NCBI GenBank assembly: GCA_023213395.1
Contig: CM041465.1
Span: forward strand, 83,893,741 to 83,957,740
Origin: Cycas panzhihuaensis
Lineage: Eukaryota > Plantae > Cycadophyta
Length of the DNA: 64,000 bases
Direction: 5' to 3'
The translations under genes were made by a program, and so were the position numbers. The notes beneath the pieces are model-generated. The model was not told the origin of the DNA. It saw only the letters and a list, made by a program, of their open reading frames with translations, and did not search any database. Shown piece by piece: positions 1 to 13,453 of the stretch. Numbering within the stretch: position 1 is the stretch's first letter; the number at the start of each line of letters is the position of its first letter.

Positions 1-332
1 GACAGAGAAATTCAAAAAGGACTGAGGAAATTAATCTTTTTAATGTACTATTTTAAATTTTAAAAGTTTGGTACTTACAAGTAGAAACACTTGTGAGTTT
101 TGTGGTGGGAGAGATGTGTGTGGCTATATTAGTTGCAACCCGATTAATATAATTGAATAGTTGTAACTAACTCAAGGTAAATATAAATGTAATAGGAAAC
201 CCTTGGGAGGTATGTTATAGTTGTAGTTATTTTTTGCTAGTGTTATATAAAATATAGTTGTTTGCATTCTCTACCTTAATGTACTTATTCTGATTACCAT
301 GTGTATTATTCTAGGTTATCTCTAGTTGTGAG
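1..332 (+). repeat. Older LTR, left part, split by the gypsy insertion; same family as 26948-27388
   Basis: 1-332 joined to 7309-7365 matches the reverse complement of 26948-27350 (CTAGGTTATC..GTTGTGAG|AGAAC...CCTCACAACATCA). TATA-like TATAAAT near 183. Confidence 0.8.
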
Positions 333-1488
333 TGATCTAAATTTTGAATGGAAAAGTGAAGACTTAAACCAATTGAAACAAAATCTAGAATAATTTACAA
401 TAATATTACATATAATTAAAGATATGTTGAATTTTCTTATAAAATTCCTTTTGTTTGTGCTCTATTGAGCATGCAAGGGATTGCTACAGTGAGTTGGGAG
501 AATAGAATGGAGTGCTGGGTGCTTCTTGAACTGCCGTTCATTCTTTGGAACCTCTACCTTTGAAGTTTGCAAAGCATTTTTTATTGCCGTTAACCAAAAG
601 TCTTCTTTCTTGGTGAAGAAACCTACTAGCGTCTCTTTCTTCTAGACTGCTGCTACTATGGTCTTCTTCCCTCAGCCACAACTTCAATCTTTTGGGCTTC
701 TTCACGATCCACACAATGGATTTTATAGGTTCTTCTGCTGCTTTTCCATTCTTTTTCCTCTCTATGCAAAAATTCTGTTGTTGGAGTCGTTTCCTCTTTT
801 TGGAAAGTGATTTTTAAACAACTCTCCTTGAATCTTGCTCTGTACTGCATCTAGGGCTGTGATGTCCTCTTTTCTTGTAGAAAATCTCCTCTGAAAATCT
901 ATTGTTCGTACCCAGATCTTCGTCATTTAAAACCCTATAATGTGTTTTACTTATAACAGGTTTTCTGTTTTTCCATTTTCTAATAGATTCTAAAATGGCT
1001 TACAAAATCTTAGTAAAATCCTTTTAATTCAGAGACTTTTCTCTTTAAATGTGTAGAAGACACGTGTGAGAAGTTCCCCCTCGAATTTCGTGTGAAACGG
1101 ATTCCGTTTGCACTGCCAAAATCACTACTTTTTTATTATTTTTCCATTTTTTATTTTCCAGGTAGCAGTTGCCATATCTGCAGTAGTACTTAGGTAGTAG
1201 TGACAGCACCTACGTAGCACTGATAGCACTTGGGTAGTAGTGACAAAGACTGTAGAAAGGATAAAGACTGCAGAGTGATGACAACACTTGGGTAGCAAAG
1301 GATGACACGAGTAGCACCTAGTTGCAATTGTAGAAACACATTTTTAAATATTTTTTAAGCCTTTTTAAGGTATTTTTCTACTAAATGAAGGCCATTAAGC
1401 CTCTTTAAGGCATTTTTCTACTACATAAAGACCAAAAACATGAAAAATAAGATATTTTAAGAGTATTTAAAGATTTAAAAACAGATCA
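333..1488 (-). repeat. 3' LTR (1156 bp)
   Basis: Direct repeat of 6214-7303, adjacent to the PPT (plus strand GAACTCCCCTTT from 1489). Confidence 0.95.
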
Positions 1489-1526
1489 GAACTCCCCTTT
1501 TTTAGGAGTTCATGGCCTCTTGAACT

Positions 1527-4500
1527 TTATAGTTGTAGATGAGGGAATTTGATTTTCCCTATCTCCTTATTGTACCATTTTTCTTTGCTAGGTACTTGTC
1601 CTTTCTCTGTAATTCTGAAGGACTCAATTATGCCTCTTCGAGTCTTGGTCTGCTTCCTTTGAAGAATGTAATCATTTTGCATTGGTTCCTCTTTCTCTAT
1701 TCGCAACTCTTCTGGATTTGGTAAGAGTGGAACTGTGTCTGCATCTTCATCGAACATGGATGGCTCAAACATCTTCAGATTCTCAACATTCACTATGGAA
1801 TATATTTTCATGAATTCTAGAAGTTCAAGCTGGAAAGCATTTTTCCTAATTTTCTTCAAGATTGTAAAAGGACCATATCATAAAGGCTTTAGCTTTTTAC
1901 CTTCACCTTGTAATCTTTTCTTACTGAGGTGCAACCAAACTTAATCTCCTTCCTTAAAGAAATGGCTGGTTCTATATGCATCATGTCACTGTTTGTATCT
2001 CTGTTGAGATTTTTGAAGCTGCTCTTCGACCTGTTGATGGATTTTTCTGATTCTTTCCAAGAATCTTTGTGCCTTTTCGTCTCTTTCTTCCTCCCTTCCA
2101 TTTCTTGCAAAAAATTGAGCAGAAAATTCTAGATCGAAAGGACTTGCATGCAGAAATCCCAAACATATCTCAAATGGTGATTTCTAGGTTGAGCTATGGA
2201 TAGCTCTATTGAATGCAAATTGCAAGTATGAGAGACTTTCATCCCAAGTCTTATGATGCTTGGCATTGTATCCTCATAACAGTTGTACCAATGTCCTATT
2301 GACAACTTCAGTCTGGCCGTCTATTTGAGGATGAAAAGTTGTGTTCATCTTTAGCTTCGTATCCATCATTCCCCAAATTATTTACCAAAAATGACTCAGA
2401 AATCTACTGTCCCGATTAGAAATAATTGAGTTGGGAAGTCCAAAATACTTCCAAACATGTTGAAAAAATAATCTAGCTATGTCTTCTCCTGTATATGTCT
2501 TCCTATAGGGAATCAACATCACCATTTTACTGAACTGATCAACAACTATAAACAAACAATCCATACCATTTTTGGTTTGTGGTAGTCCTCCCAAGAAATC
2601 CATGGAGATACTCTCCCACAGTCGTGATGGAACAGGAAGTGGAATGTACAATCCAAACTTCCTATTGGTCAGCTTTAATATGCTACATAATGTACACCCT
2701 CGTACTGCTGTAGTCACATCTTGCTATATGTTTGGCCAATACATATATCGCTGCAAGTTTAGCAATGTCTTTCCCACTCCAAAGTGTCCTGCAACTTGAG
2801 AGGTGTAAGCTTCTCTTATCCACTTCATTCGGTCTGCATGCTTTGGAATGTAAAGCTTGTCTTGCTTACAAAGAAGTCCATCTTTCAGCTGGAAATCAAC
2901 AACTACTTTTCCTTGCTGTAGTTACTCAAAGATAGGCTTGAATGCCTCATCTTTCAAATACAAATCAACATATTCATCATGGCAGAAAGGTTGAAATTAC
3001 ATAGCTACCAACAAACTAGAAATACCTTACTGTTGAGGAGGTCTAGATAGCAAGTCTGTAATCTTATTCGTCATTCCTTTCTTGTATTTAATCACGATGT
3101 GAAACTACTATAAATAGGACATCCACTCCATGTGCCTGGCCTGCTATAATTTGGACTGGGTCTGTAAGAATTGCAAAGGCTTGTGGTCAGTGTGGATAAC
3201 CACTTCTTTTCCCAACAAATATGGTCTCCAATGCTTCACTGCTTGGTGTAATGCATAGAGCTCCTTATCGTAAGTTGGGTAGTTTATGACAGCTCCATTA
3301 AATGTCTCTGAATGGTATACTATCAGTTTTCCTTCTTGCTTCAATACTGCTCCCATGGCATAGCCTGAAGCATCGATCTCAATTCAAATGGCTTCATGGC
3401 GAGGGTAAAGCTAACACTGGTGCCTCACAAATTTTCTGCTTCAAAAGCCTGAAAGCTTTTTCTTGTTCATTCTCCCAATGAAACTTTGCATTTCCTCCTG
3501 TCAATGCATGAAGAGGTGCTACAATTTGAGAGAATTTAAAAATATTTTTTCTTAAATACTGACATGCACCAATGAAACTTCTTACCTCTATGGCTGTCTA
3601 GGGTGTGGGCTAATTAAGAATGACTTTAATCTTTGCTGGGTTAATCTTCAATTCTCCTCCTCCAACCACGAAACCTAAGAAGATGATAGATTACTTTCTA
3701 AACTCGCACTTCTTTAGATTGAGTTTCAACTACTGCTCTTGGAGAACTTTGAGCACTTGCTTGACATGTTGGAGGTGCTCCTCCCATGTATAGCTAAAAA
3801 TTAGAATATCATCTAGATAAACAATTACAAAGTCATCAATGAAGGGTCTTAATACGTCATTCATCAACCTCATGAAGGTGGCAGGTGCATTGCATAGACC
3901 AAACGGCATGACCAACCATTCGAACAATCCTTGCTTTGATTTGAAGGCTGTCTTCCAAGTATCCTCCTCTCGGATTCGAACCTGATGGTAGCCTGACTTC
4001 AGGTCCATTTTGCTAAAATATCTTATCGACTGCAGCTGGTCTAACAAGTCATCTATCTGTGGTAAGGGATGTCAATTTTTTATGGTGATCTTGTTCAAAG
4101 CCTGGTAGTCAATGCACATTCTCCATCCTCCATCTTTTTTTGGCACCAAAACAATAGGTAATCCACATGGGGAACAACTTGGCTTGATCACTCCTTGTTC
4201 TAAGAGTTCTTGAATTTGCCTCTTAATCTCTTCATTTTCTAAAACTGAGTTTCAGTAAAGACTAAGATTTGGCAAAGGTGAATGAGCAACCAACTGAATT
4301 TCATGTTCAAATTGCCCTTTTAAGGGGCAGCCCTTTTGGCCCTTAGAATACATCATTGTACATATTCCTTAGGCCTTCAATCTACTACACTTGCTTCCTA
4401 TCCAGTGCCTGTATTGAGGACTCTACTTGCTCATTTTCTTCCATCTTTGGCTTTATCATCAGTAGCACAAACTTCCTACAAGCATTAATTAATCTTTTCG

Positions 4501-6082
4501 CTTGTTGGGAAGATATGAGAGAAATCTTCTTTTGTGGCTTTGATGCATTGATCATATATGATCTCTCATCCTTGATGAATCGAATCTTTCTCAGCCTCTT
4601 GTGATGAACTCCATCTCTATCATAGAGATATGGGCTGCCAAACACAACTTGACAAACATCTAAAGGGACTACTTCACATTCAACTTCATCAATGGATTTT
4701 TTAGATATTGCAAATTTAAACTTACATTGGTGAGTAACCTATAACTTTGAATCTTTTTGCAACCATCCAAGAGGATATGGTTTTGGATGTGCATGCATTT
4801 TTAATCCCAGTTTCTTTACCAATGCTTCTGAGATTAAATTCTTTTGGCTTCCTCCATCAAAGATGGTATCAACCATACTTTGCTTCACTTGGATTCTTAC
4901 CATGAAGAGCTCCTCTCTAATCTCTAGATCAACTTGCTGATGGTTATTTTTAGGCTCTGCATTAGCCATGAGCATCAACTTCTCATTGGCTTCTTCAATG
5001 CCACAGACATTTTCATCACCTGTAGAGTTAAGTAAAGTTTTACCTTTAGTTTTAACTTTACCTTTCCCCTTGTTCTTGGGTCATTTCTCTGGGTGTAGGA
5101 ACCAACAATCTTCAATGCTATGACCCGCTCACTTGCAATGAGTACAAGTGCCTTTGATTTAGGTGGCATTGGCTTATTTCATCTTGCCAAAACCCCTAAT
5201 GGGTTGTTGTCCAACTTTACCTAGAAACCTCATTCCTCGGGCAGGTTTGTTACTACCTTCTTGAGGTGCAAACCTTTTCCTCTTAGCATAAGCCTTCTTG
5301 TTCCTCTTTTCTATGGCAAGCGCCTTCTTACTGGCTTCCTCGAGCAATTTAACTTTAAATAGTTGAAGTTCTTGCTGAATATGTTAGTGCAGTCCTCTAA
5401 TATATTTCAGCATCATGTCTTTACCAAGTAAAGAGATGCCCAACACAATAGCTTACTTTTGAAATTATGTTGTGTAGTCTTGGACATTTTGGCCTCTTTC
5501 CTATGGGTAATATTGCCATTTAATCCTCTGTTGCTCTTCATATCCAATAGGATAGAATTGCTTCTTTATGAGGATTTTAAATTATTGCCAAGTAATTTCA
5601 TTTACATTATGGGATTTAAGGTATGCATTCCACCAAACTAATGCATGCTTAGATAATTTTAACCTAGCAAAAGTAATTTTCTACTAGTTTTTATACCCAT
5701 AAATGGAAAAGTATGTTTCTAGTTGGTCCAACCAACCATCTAATTTTTTGGCATCCAACGTTCCATCATAGATGGGCAATTCAAGTTTTGCCTCTACCTT
5801 GAATGGATGTGTTATTACCACTAGATTGTCATCTTCTTCATCTTCTTGTTGGTCTTCTACCAATGCTTCATTTGTTTCCTCTTTCATCGGTTCATCTTCT
5901 TCCTTCTTTACACCTTTAGTTGTTGAAGAAGAGGTTGCAACTAGTTACGCCACAAGTTGGGTTAATCTGTCAAGGTTTTGCTCCATTTTCACGAACCTTT
6001 CCTCCATCCTTTGCTCTAGATCAGCCATCTTCCTTCGCTGTCTCTGTTCTTTCTCAAGAGGTTCGGTTAGAGGTTCACCCAT
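1527..6082 (-). pseudogene. pol: gag-pol polyprotein with stops and frameshifts
   Basis: Start MGEPLTEP at 6082. Zinc knuckle CTHCK*AGHSIEDC about 5105-5147. Protease [21 protein letters not shown] and YLDD at 3808-3819. RNase H YPTYDKELYAL. Integrase WESISMDFLGGLP. Chromodomain-like C-terminus. Confidence 0.95.
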
Positions 6083-6195
6083 TAACAAATATTAATATCT
6101 AGTTTTCATAAAAACTTTCACAATGAAAGCAAGAGTTTTTCTTTTTTTCTTTTTCTTTAAGAATCTCTAAGTTCCCAAGGGTTTCAAGAAAACTA

Positions 6196-6207
6196 GCTTT
6201 GATACCA
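6196..6207 (-). promoter_or_regulatory. Primer binding site (tRNA-iMet)
   Basis: Minus strand reads TGGTATCAAAGC, 6 nt inside the 5' LTR. Confidence 0.9.
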
Positions 6208-6213
6208 AAATAT

Positions 6214-7303
6214 TGATCTAAATTTTGAATGGAAAAGTGAAGACTTAAACCAATTGAAACAAAATCTAGAACAATTTATAATAATATTACATATAATTGA
6301 AGATATGTTGAATTTTCTTACAAAATTCCTTTTGTTTATGCTCTATTGAACATGCAAGGGACTGCTACAATGAGTTGGGAGAATAGAACGGAGTGTTGGG
6401 TGCTTCTTGAGCTACCGTGCATTCTTTGGAACCTCTACCTTTGAAGTTTGTAAAATGTTTTTGGTTGCCGTTAACCAAAAGTCTTCTTTCTTGGTGAAGA
6501 AACCTGCTAGCGTCTCTTTCTTCTAGACTGTTGCTACTACGGTCTTCTTCCCTCAGCTACAACTTCAATATTTCTTGCTCCTTCACGATCCACACAACAG
6601 ATTTTGTGGGTTCTTCTACTACTTTTCCATTCTTTTTCCTCTCTACGCAGAAATTCTGTTGTTGGAGCTGTTCCCTCTTTTTGGAAAGTGATTTTTAAAC
6701 AACTCTCCTTGAATCTTACTCTATACTACATCTAGGGCTATGGCGTTGCAAAAAATCCCCTCTGAAAATCTATTGTTCATACCCAGATCTTCGCCATTTA
6801 AAACCCTATAATGTGTTTTACTTACAACAGGTTTTCTATTTTTTCATTTTCTAATGGATTTCAAAACAACTTATGAAATCTTAGTAAAATCCTTTTAATT
6901 TAAAGATTTTTCTCTTTAAACATTGAGAAGACATGTGTGAGAAGTTCCTCCTCAAATTTCATGCAAAATGGATCCTGTTTGCACCGCCAAAATCGCTACT
7001 ATTTTTATTATTTTTCCATTTTTCACTTTTCAGGTAGCAGTTGTCGCACCTGCAGTAGCACCTGGGTAGTAGTGATAGCACCTGCGTAGCAGTGACAGCA
7101 CTTGCGTAGCAGTGATAGCACCTGAGTGGCACCTAGTTGCAATTGTATAAACACATTTTTTTACATTTTTTAAGCCTTTTTAAGGCATTTTTCTACTAAA
7201 TAAAGGCCATTAAGCCTCTTTAAGGCATTTTTCTACTACATAAAGACCAAAAACATGAAAAATAAGATATTTTAAGAGTATTTAAAGATCCAAAAATAGA
7301 TCA
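6214..7303 (-). repeat. 5' LTR (1090 bp)
   Basis: Direct repeat of 333-1488, next to the PBS. Confidence 0.95.
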
Positions 7304-7308
7304 GTGAG

Positions 7309-7365
7309 AGAACCAAAATAACCTGTTATAATGTAATGATAATGGTTTTTGACCTCACAACATCA
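7309..7365 (+). repeat. Older LTR, right part, ending CAACATCA
   Basis: Continues 1-332 across the TSD and matches the reverse complement of 26948-27005. Confidence 0.8.
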
Positions 7366-7669
7366 TTGTCTCTGAATATTGAATGAATGCTTAGTGCTTA
7401 TGTTGCTCTTGTACCTGCTTATATATGTGTTGATAAGTAGCCACACACAATTAATTGTTAATTGTGAGGTTAAAAAAGTGACCAATTTCAAAAAACCTCA
7501 ATCACATTTACAAGGGGTCAATTTGTATTGGCAATCTCAACTAGTAATAATATTCTTTATCATTTGATGTACTTGCTCTAAATATATGCATGCACATAAA
7601 TATAGCACCAATGTGTTAATATAATTATCTGTATAAATTTAAAAATTAATATACCATTATTTTATTATA

Positions 7670-8500
7670 ATTTCATATGGCTTTATCTACTTCCTCTATG
7701 CTACTTTCACTCATATTTATCAATTTCATCTAGCCCTTGAATCATGGTCATATTTCACTAACATAACTGGCATGTTCAGATTTCTAGCTCATCAAATTCA
7801 CCTCATAACTTATTCATATATTAGCTCTATCACTAGTATACTAGCTCATTAATCAACTCATATGCTTTCTTCTTAATTGTATAAGTTCTTTTATAACATG
7901 GCTTTGATAGACATACAACTATAGCATTGATCCCCTATTAGAATTTAAGTTTGATAACATGTGATGTAGTGAGTACATATAGTAAAATATATCAAGCATA
8001 TATAATGAATAATTATATCATGAGGAATGTATATATATATATATATATATGAATAAATATGAATATAAAGTAATGAAAGAGATTAAATATACAATAATCA
8101 TTCAGTAAGCATTTACCATATAAGAGACAATAGATTTATATGCAAAACCCAATGTGGAAAAAACCATAGGATAAGGTGGAGTTTAGAGCTTCTCTTAGTT
8201 ATCAGAATAAAGTACTATTAAAACATGGCATGAGCAAAACATAATCTAATAACAATTAATAAAATAAAACCCCATACACAACTTGCACATTGTATAGGAT
8301 CATATATAAGTTTATGAGACTATATTATATAAGTGGAAATAAAGTTGGTACATAATATTAAAATACATTACCCTAATAAGTACATCTCTAAGTCATGACC
8401 TAGTAGTAGATTATTTAATAGTATTTTATAATTGTAAAACTATATTAATCATGTAATAGTATGGTCTCTATCTTGGAGATGTACATACATAATACAACAT
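7670..8500 (-). mobile_element. Decayed LTR + PBS + leader remnant; same family as 43360-44110
   Basis: PBS remnant at 7949-7959 followed by TG at 7960. Shared blocks GACAATAGATTTATA...GAAAAACCATA and TGGCTTTATCT. Right boundary approximate. Confidence 0.55.
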
Positions 8501-9789
8501 CCTTGTGGAAAGTGGCCACATCCAAATTATATTATCAGAACTATACATATTTATAGCACGTTACACCCCTAAGACTTACACATAGGTCTAGGGCCACATA
8601 TAAGATTATGAGACTATATTATACCTTGAACACCTAACAAAGAATATTAGAGCATAGTTGAAGCCTATATACCTAACAAATAATTTGATAAAATAACCAA
8701 TTTTAAGCTTACCAAGCTAATTGAGAACTTAATAAATCTCTAATGTTGAAGCTAAGAGCCTCCAAGACTTGTTAATTTCTTAGAAAAAACTCATATAGGT
8801 GAACCAGGTATCATAATAAGAAGAGAAGAAATATTGTATAAGGGTGATACCTAAATAACTCAAAATGGTTAAGAAGACCCAAGTTATAAAGAAGTGGACT
8901 AAAAGAATGTGAAGAGTTACTTCAATAGATATCATCTACATAGGTAAAGAAAACTTTCTGAAAAGATATTAGGCTTGTGTAGTCCATGTTAATATGGAAG
9001 GTGCTTATACTCAACTAGTAACCCATCTATTGATTTATCCATCAAGCTATATTAATCTATTAAGCTATATATTATTTTTTTGATTGATATCTTTATAAAT
9101 TTATTAAAATATTTATATCTCAATCAATATATCTATCCATCATGCCAATTATCTGCCTAACTATTAATCAATACATTAATCCAATTTCTTATTTATTTCT
9201 CAATATATCCACCTATACATTTATCTACCCATCTATTTACATATGCACCTATACATATCCCTACCCATCTAAGAAAATATGCCTCCCAAGTATAGGACAT
9301 AACAAGAAAGGAAAATAAAGTAGCTGATTCTCTTAGCTGAAGGAGACATATATGCTAGTAGATAAGGGTATTTAAAATGTGATCACCAAGTTAGCATAGG
9401 TTGAGAGCTTCAAGGCTTTTAGAGTTATGTAGTGGAACCTTATATAAGTAATAAACAATGTATTAGAGCTACCGAGTTAGGTTCAATAATATTAGGAACT
9501 TGTAAATATATCAAGTTTAAGCGAATACGGATGCAAAGATTTTGATAAAGTATATAGGTTTCTATATGATGGACTGGTTAACTAGAAATGAAGAAGGCAA
9601 ATAAGACAAGATCTTAATTTTATGCAATCACAGAATAGAGAAAGTAACTCAACATTTAGCACTATATTTGTATTACAATTTATCTTTATAATGGGTGTAT
9701 TTCCTAGTAGTTCTTATATGGTTATCACATATTCTAGATCATTTAAATTAATTATTTAACTATAGATAAAGGTTATATACAAGTTTCAA

Positions 9790-10312
9790 AAGGCTTATGT
9801 ATATATTGTATGCCAATTATTTGATAAAATATCTAAGAGAGGTAGGCAAGACCATTCCCACACTATCAAAATTATTTTTGAGGCAAATATATATGTTAGA
9901 AATGCACTTATCAACATGTATTTTAAGTGTTAGAGTGTGATAGGTACACACCAAGTGTTTAGCATGAATATGGTTTCCTATATTAGAATGATAGAATTTT
10001 TTTCACACTATGGGTGTGACAAAGAGGCACTCCAACTCTTTGAAGAAATGTAATGCATGGGTGTAAATCCCAACTAAATCACCTTTCTTTGTGTTCTCTA
10101 TATATTTATCCATGCATGCCTAGTCAAGGAAGGCCATCACTACTTTGATTCAATGAGTCATAAACATAACATTATGCTAAGCATTGGCATTATTCCTACA
10201 TGATTGACCTTCTTAGCCATGTTGAACATCTAGATGAGGTAGAGTATTTTAATGAAAAAGTATTAATTAAACCCAATACTTCTATGTGGAAGACTTTGCT
10301 TAGTGCATGGAA
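9790..10312 (+). pseudogene. PLS-class pentatricopeptide repeat (PPR) gene fragment
   Basis: Reads CQLFDKISKR-GRQDHSHTIK..NALINMYFKC..KEALQLFEEM*CMGVNPN*ITFLCVL..HACLVKEGHHYFDSM..HYSYMIDLL..KPNTSMWKTLLSA, matching the P2-L2-S2-E1 consensus. Confidence 0.9.
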
Positions 10313-10611
10313 ACATAGAGGCTATATGTTGATTCCAAGGAATTGAATAAGATAATAATCAAGAACCATTATCATCTACCAAGGATAAATAATCCTTTAG
10401 ATTAAATACAAGGAGTCAATTTCCTCTCTAGGACAGACCTCAAATCTAGCTACCATCAAGTAAGAGTCAAGGAGGAGGATGTATGGAAAACTACCTTTAA
10501 GATAAGGCAAGGCTTGTTCTTGTAGTTAGTAATACCATTTGGATTAACTAATATATCTACTACACCCATCAGAGACATGAATTATATCTTGAGACCATTC
10601 TTAGATAGGTA

Positions 10612-11600
10612 TGTTATTATATTTCAATCATAAAAAAAAGCTAATAAAATTAGTTTTCAAGAAGATAAATAAAGGATTATTTAATATATATTTATTATGA
10701 AATCAGTATTTTTAGGAGAGATTATTAGTAGATGATTTTAGAGAGACCAAAGAAGGTTATAAATAAATGAGCCTTATTCATTTGAAAACGTCTTGGAGAA
10801 TTGAATAGTTGTTGGACTAATGGCCTCATGCCATTAGGGCATGTTGTGCTAAATTAGAGGACAGCCCTCACGTCAAAGAGGGCATTACTATTGTTGGATA
10901 TCTATTAGGTTATTATGTTACTATTGCACTTCATGATATTATGTTGTGGATGACTTTATGATGTTATGACAAAAATTTGTTGTTGAGTAAACTAGGTCCC
11001 AATAACCAGAAACCACCACCAAGATCTAAACTATTTTGCAACTAGTTATAGAAATTAAACATAAAATTTAACATGTAAGTTCCTAAACTAGAGATAATAC
11101 AATAAATGAATTAGAAAGCCAAATCATCGCATATACACTTGATATAACATGGTAAAACCCTAGTTGTGTGCTAGGGAAACATCTGCACAACAAAGGTATC
11201 AATCTTTTATTATTAAAAAATAGAGAAATGTATATAATCTACAGTAGAATACTCACAACAACAACAACCAATCACCCAACTCCTCGCAGTAGATCCAATA
11301 CATCAAAAACCATCAACATAATGACAAAAAACCCTAAATTGGGCTATATGAGAGAGTTATATAAGGCACACATCTTGACTATCAAATCTAGGGTATTTTA
11401 AATGAACAACCCTAATTCTCTTTATAAACTAGTATGTCTTTTAGTCTTAGGGGGCTCCTGCTCCTCTTAGATTCCCCCCGAGGAAGTTTGGGGGGGGGAA
11501 CCGCATTACTAACCTATCGAAATTTTAGCCTCCAAAACATTGTTGTCATATTATCTAACATTTGTTATGATATAATGTATTCTTAATTTTATTGTCTTCA
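10612..11600 (+). repeat. About 400 bp duplicated block of decayed gypsy RT-derived sequence, copy 1, interrupted by a solo LTR
   Basis: 10612-10980 plus 11566-11600 aligns with about 12685-13100, e.g. GAGCCTTATTCATTT.AAAAC.TCTTGGAG.ATTGAATAGTTGTTGGA. Confidence 0.8.
10981..11560 (-). mobile_element. Solo LTR (580 bp)
   Basis: TGTTGAG...CTAACA termini, perfect TSD TTTGT, reverse-complement homolog of 44828-45494. Confidence 0.92.
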
Positions 11601-12684
11601 TAAAAAATATATTTTTTGAGCAGTTTTAGATTTGATTTGGCATAAGCCTTTTGATTACATAATTATGCATATTAATGATTATTGAAGAAAGAAAAATTAA
11701 GTTTAGTTTAAAATGAATAGTTAAAGGCTTATTTATATCAATTCAAGGCTCAAATATGATGAAAGATTCATGATGTGGAATATATTTGAAGTGAAATTAT
11801 TATGAAAATATTGATATATCTTAGATATAATGGAAATTCCCCTAAATACATTCTTAAATAGTATATTCTAAACTTTCCACCCTCATTTCATTGGGTTTCA
11901 TCCCCCTACTACCATAATTTCTCTTTACAAAAACTCCTCTTATCTATCCTAACCTCCCATAATTCTATATAACCAATACTACTTTTTTTTCATTAAATCC
12001 TTTATATAGTTTAACCATAAATTTTGAATGCCCATTAAAATCTTTATCCTAGAAAGAGTCCTTATCACTGATCCCATGTCTATATTTTTCCATAAAAGAT
12101 TCTAATGGTCTACTCAACACTTTACTAATCCTTGCCTCTATTCAAATCAACTTTTAAGTCTCCTATACTTCCTACAATATATCTTTTTCATCTCTCTTTT
12201 TTACACCTTTAAATTTATAACTAATCATCTCTTAAAACCCCACTTCTCCCATTACCTCTTATATTAGGTAAACATAAATCCATGATCCTTATGATCAATT
12301 CATCTCTAAACTCCCAAAATTACATCATAACTTTCTATATAAAATTTCATAAGATTCCCACCACCTCTTATTTCATGAGCCATGTCATCTAAGGACAAAA
12401 TATACAAGCACAAGATAAGATCGAGACCAAGCATCAAAGGCACCACAGGTCATAGAATTGATTTAATAAAGGATAAGATACAACATGTACCTAGTTCTAA
12501 GAATAAGCATATGCAAGTATAAGTCACTTATTATCAATTTTCAATAAAAGTCATAAGATTATACGTAACTTTTATAATATACAAGAATTAGTAAGGAAGA
12601 TAGACCCACTAATTAAAGCTAGACTAAACAAACACTACACAAAACTATCTATACTTTGAGGCTAGATTATTTTAAGGAGAGGAG

Positions 12685-13453
12685 ATTTATTATATTCCAA
12701 TCATTGGAAAATGTTGATGAGATTAATTTTTAAGAGGATATAAAAAGGAATATTTAATATATATTTATTATGAAGTTAGTATTTTTAAAAGAGATAATCA
12801 GCAGATGATTTTAGAGAGAGAAAAGAAGGTTATGAATAAAGGAGCCTTATTCATTTAAAAACATCTTGGAGTATTGAATAGTTGTTGGATTAATGGCCTC
12901 ATGCTATTAGGGAATGTTATGCCAAATTAGAGGACACCCCTCTTCTCAAAGAGGGTATTCCTATTGTTAGATATATATTAGGTTGTTATGTTACTATTGT
13001 TTTATGTTACTAGTATACTTTATGATATTATGTTATGGATGACTTTATTATGTTATATTGGAAATCTATTATGATATAATATATGCATGTTGAATTTATT
13101 ATCTATTTGGAGATATTCCACTATGATTATGATTATTATCATTTCTTCTTTATGTGAATAGGTGTTTCTACATATGTTTTAGTGTACTTAAATTGGATAG
13201 GTACATTATGGTATACTTAGATGACATCCTCATTTTAAACAGAATATGGAAAGAGCACTACCATTACATATGGCAAGTATTTCAAAAGTTGTAAGAACAT
13301 AAGTTACAAGCTAATCCTTAATAAGTGCTCTTTTGCTATGACCAAGATTTTATACTTAGGTTTTATTATTGATGAAAGTGGTAAAAGAATGGATCATACT
13401 AAGGTGAGTGTATTAATGGATTGGTCCATACATACTAGCCTAAAGGAACTTTA
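12685..13453 (+). pseudogene. pol: Decayed CRM-like gypsy RT, host of the copia insertion (left part)
   Basis: [16 protein letters not shown] at about 13210 and YLGFII...SLKEL; continues after 21585. Confidence 0.8.

Larger units (their letters stand above)
333..7303 (-). mobile_element. Full-length, decayed Ty3/gypsy chromovirus, CRM-like
   Basis: Paired LTRs 333-1488 and 6214-7303 with TGATCT...AGATCA termini. Perfect TSD GTGAG (328-332, 7304-7308). PBS, PPT and gag-PR-RT-RH-INT order present. Confidence 0.97.

Noticed and set aside
1539-6102. Plus-strand ORFs within the first gypsy
   Set aside because: Antisense shadows of gag-pol.
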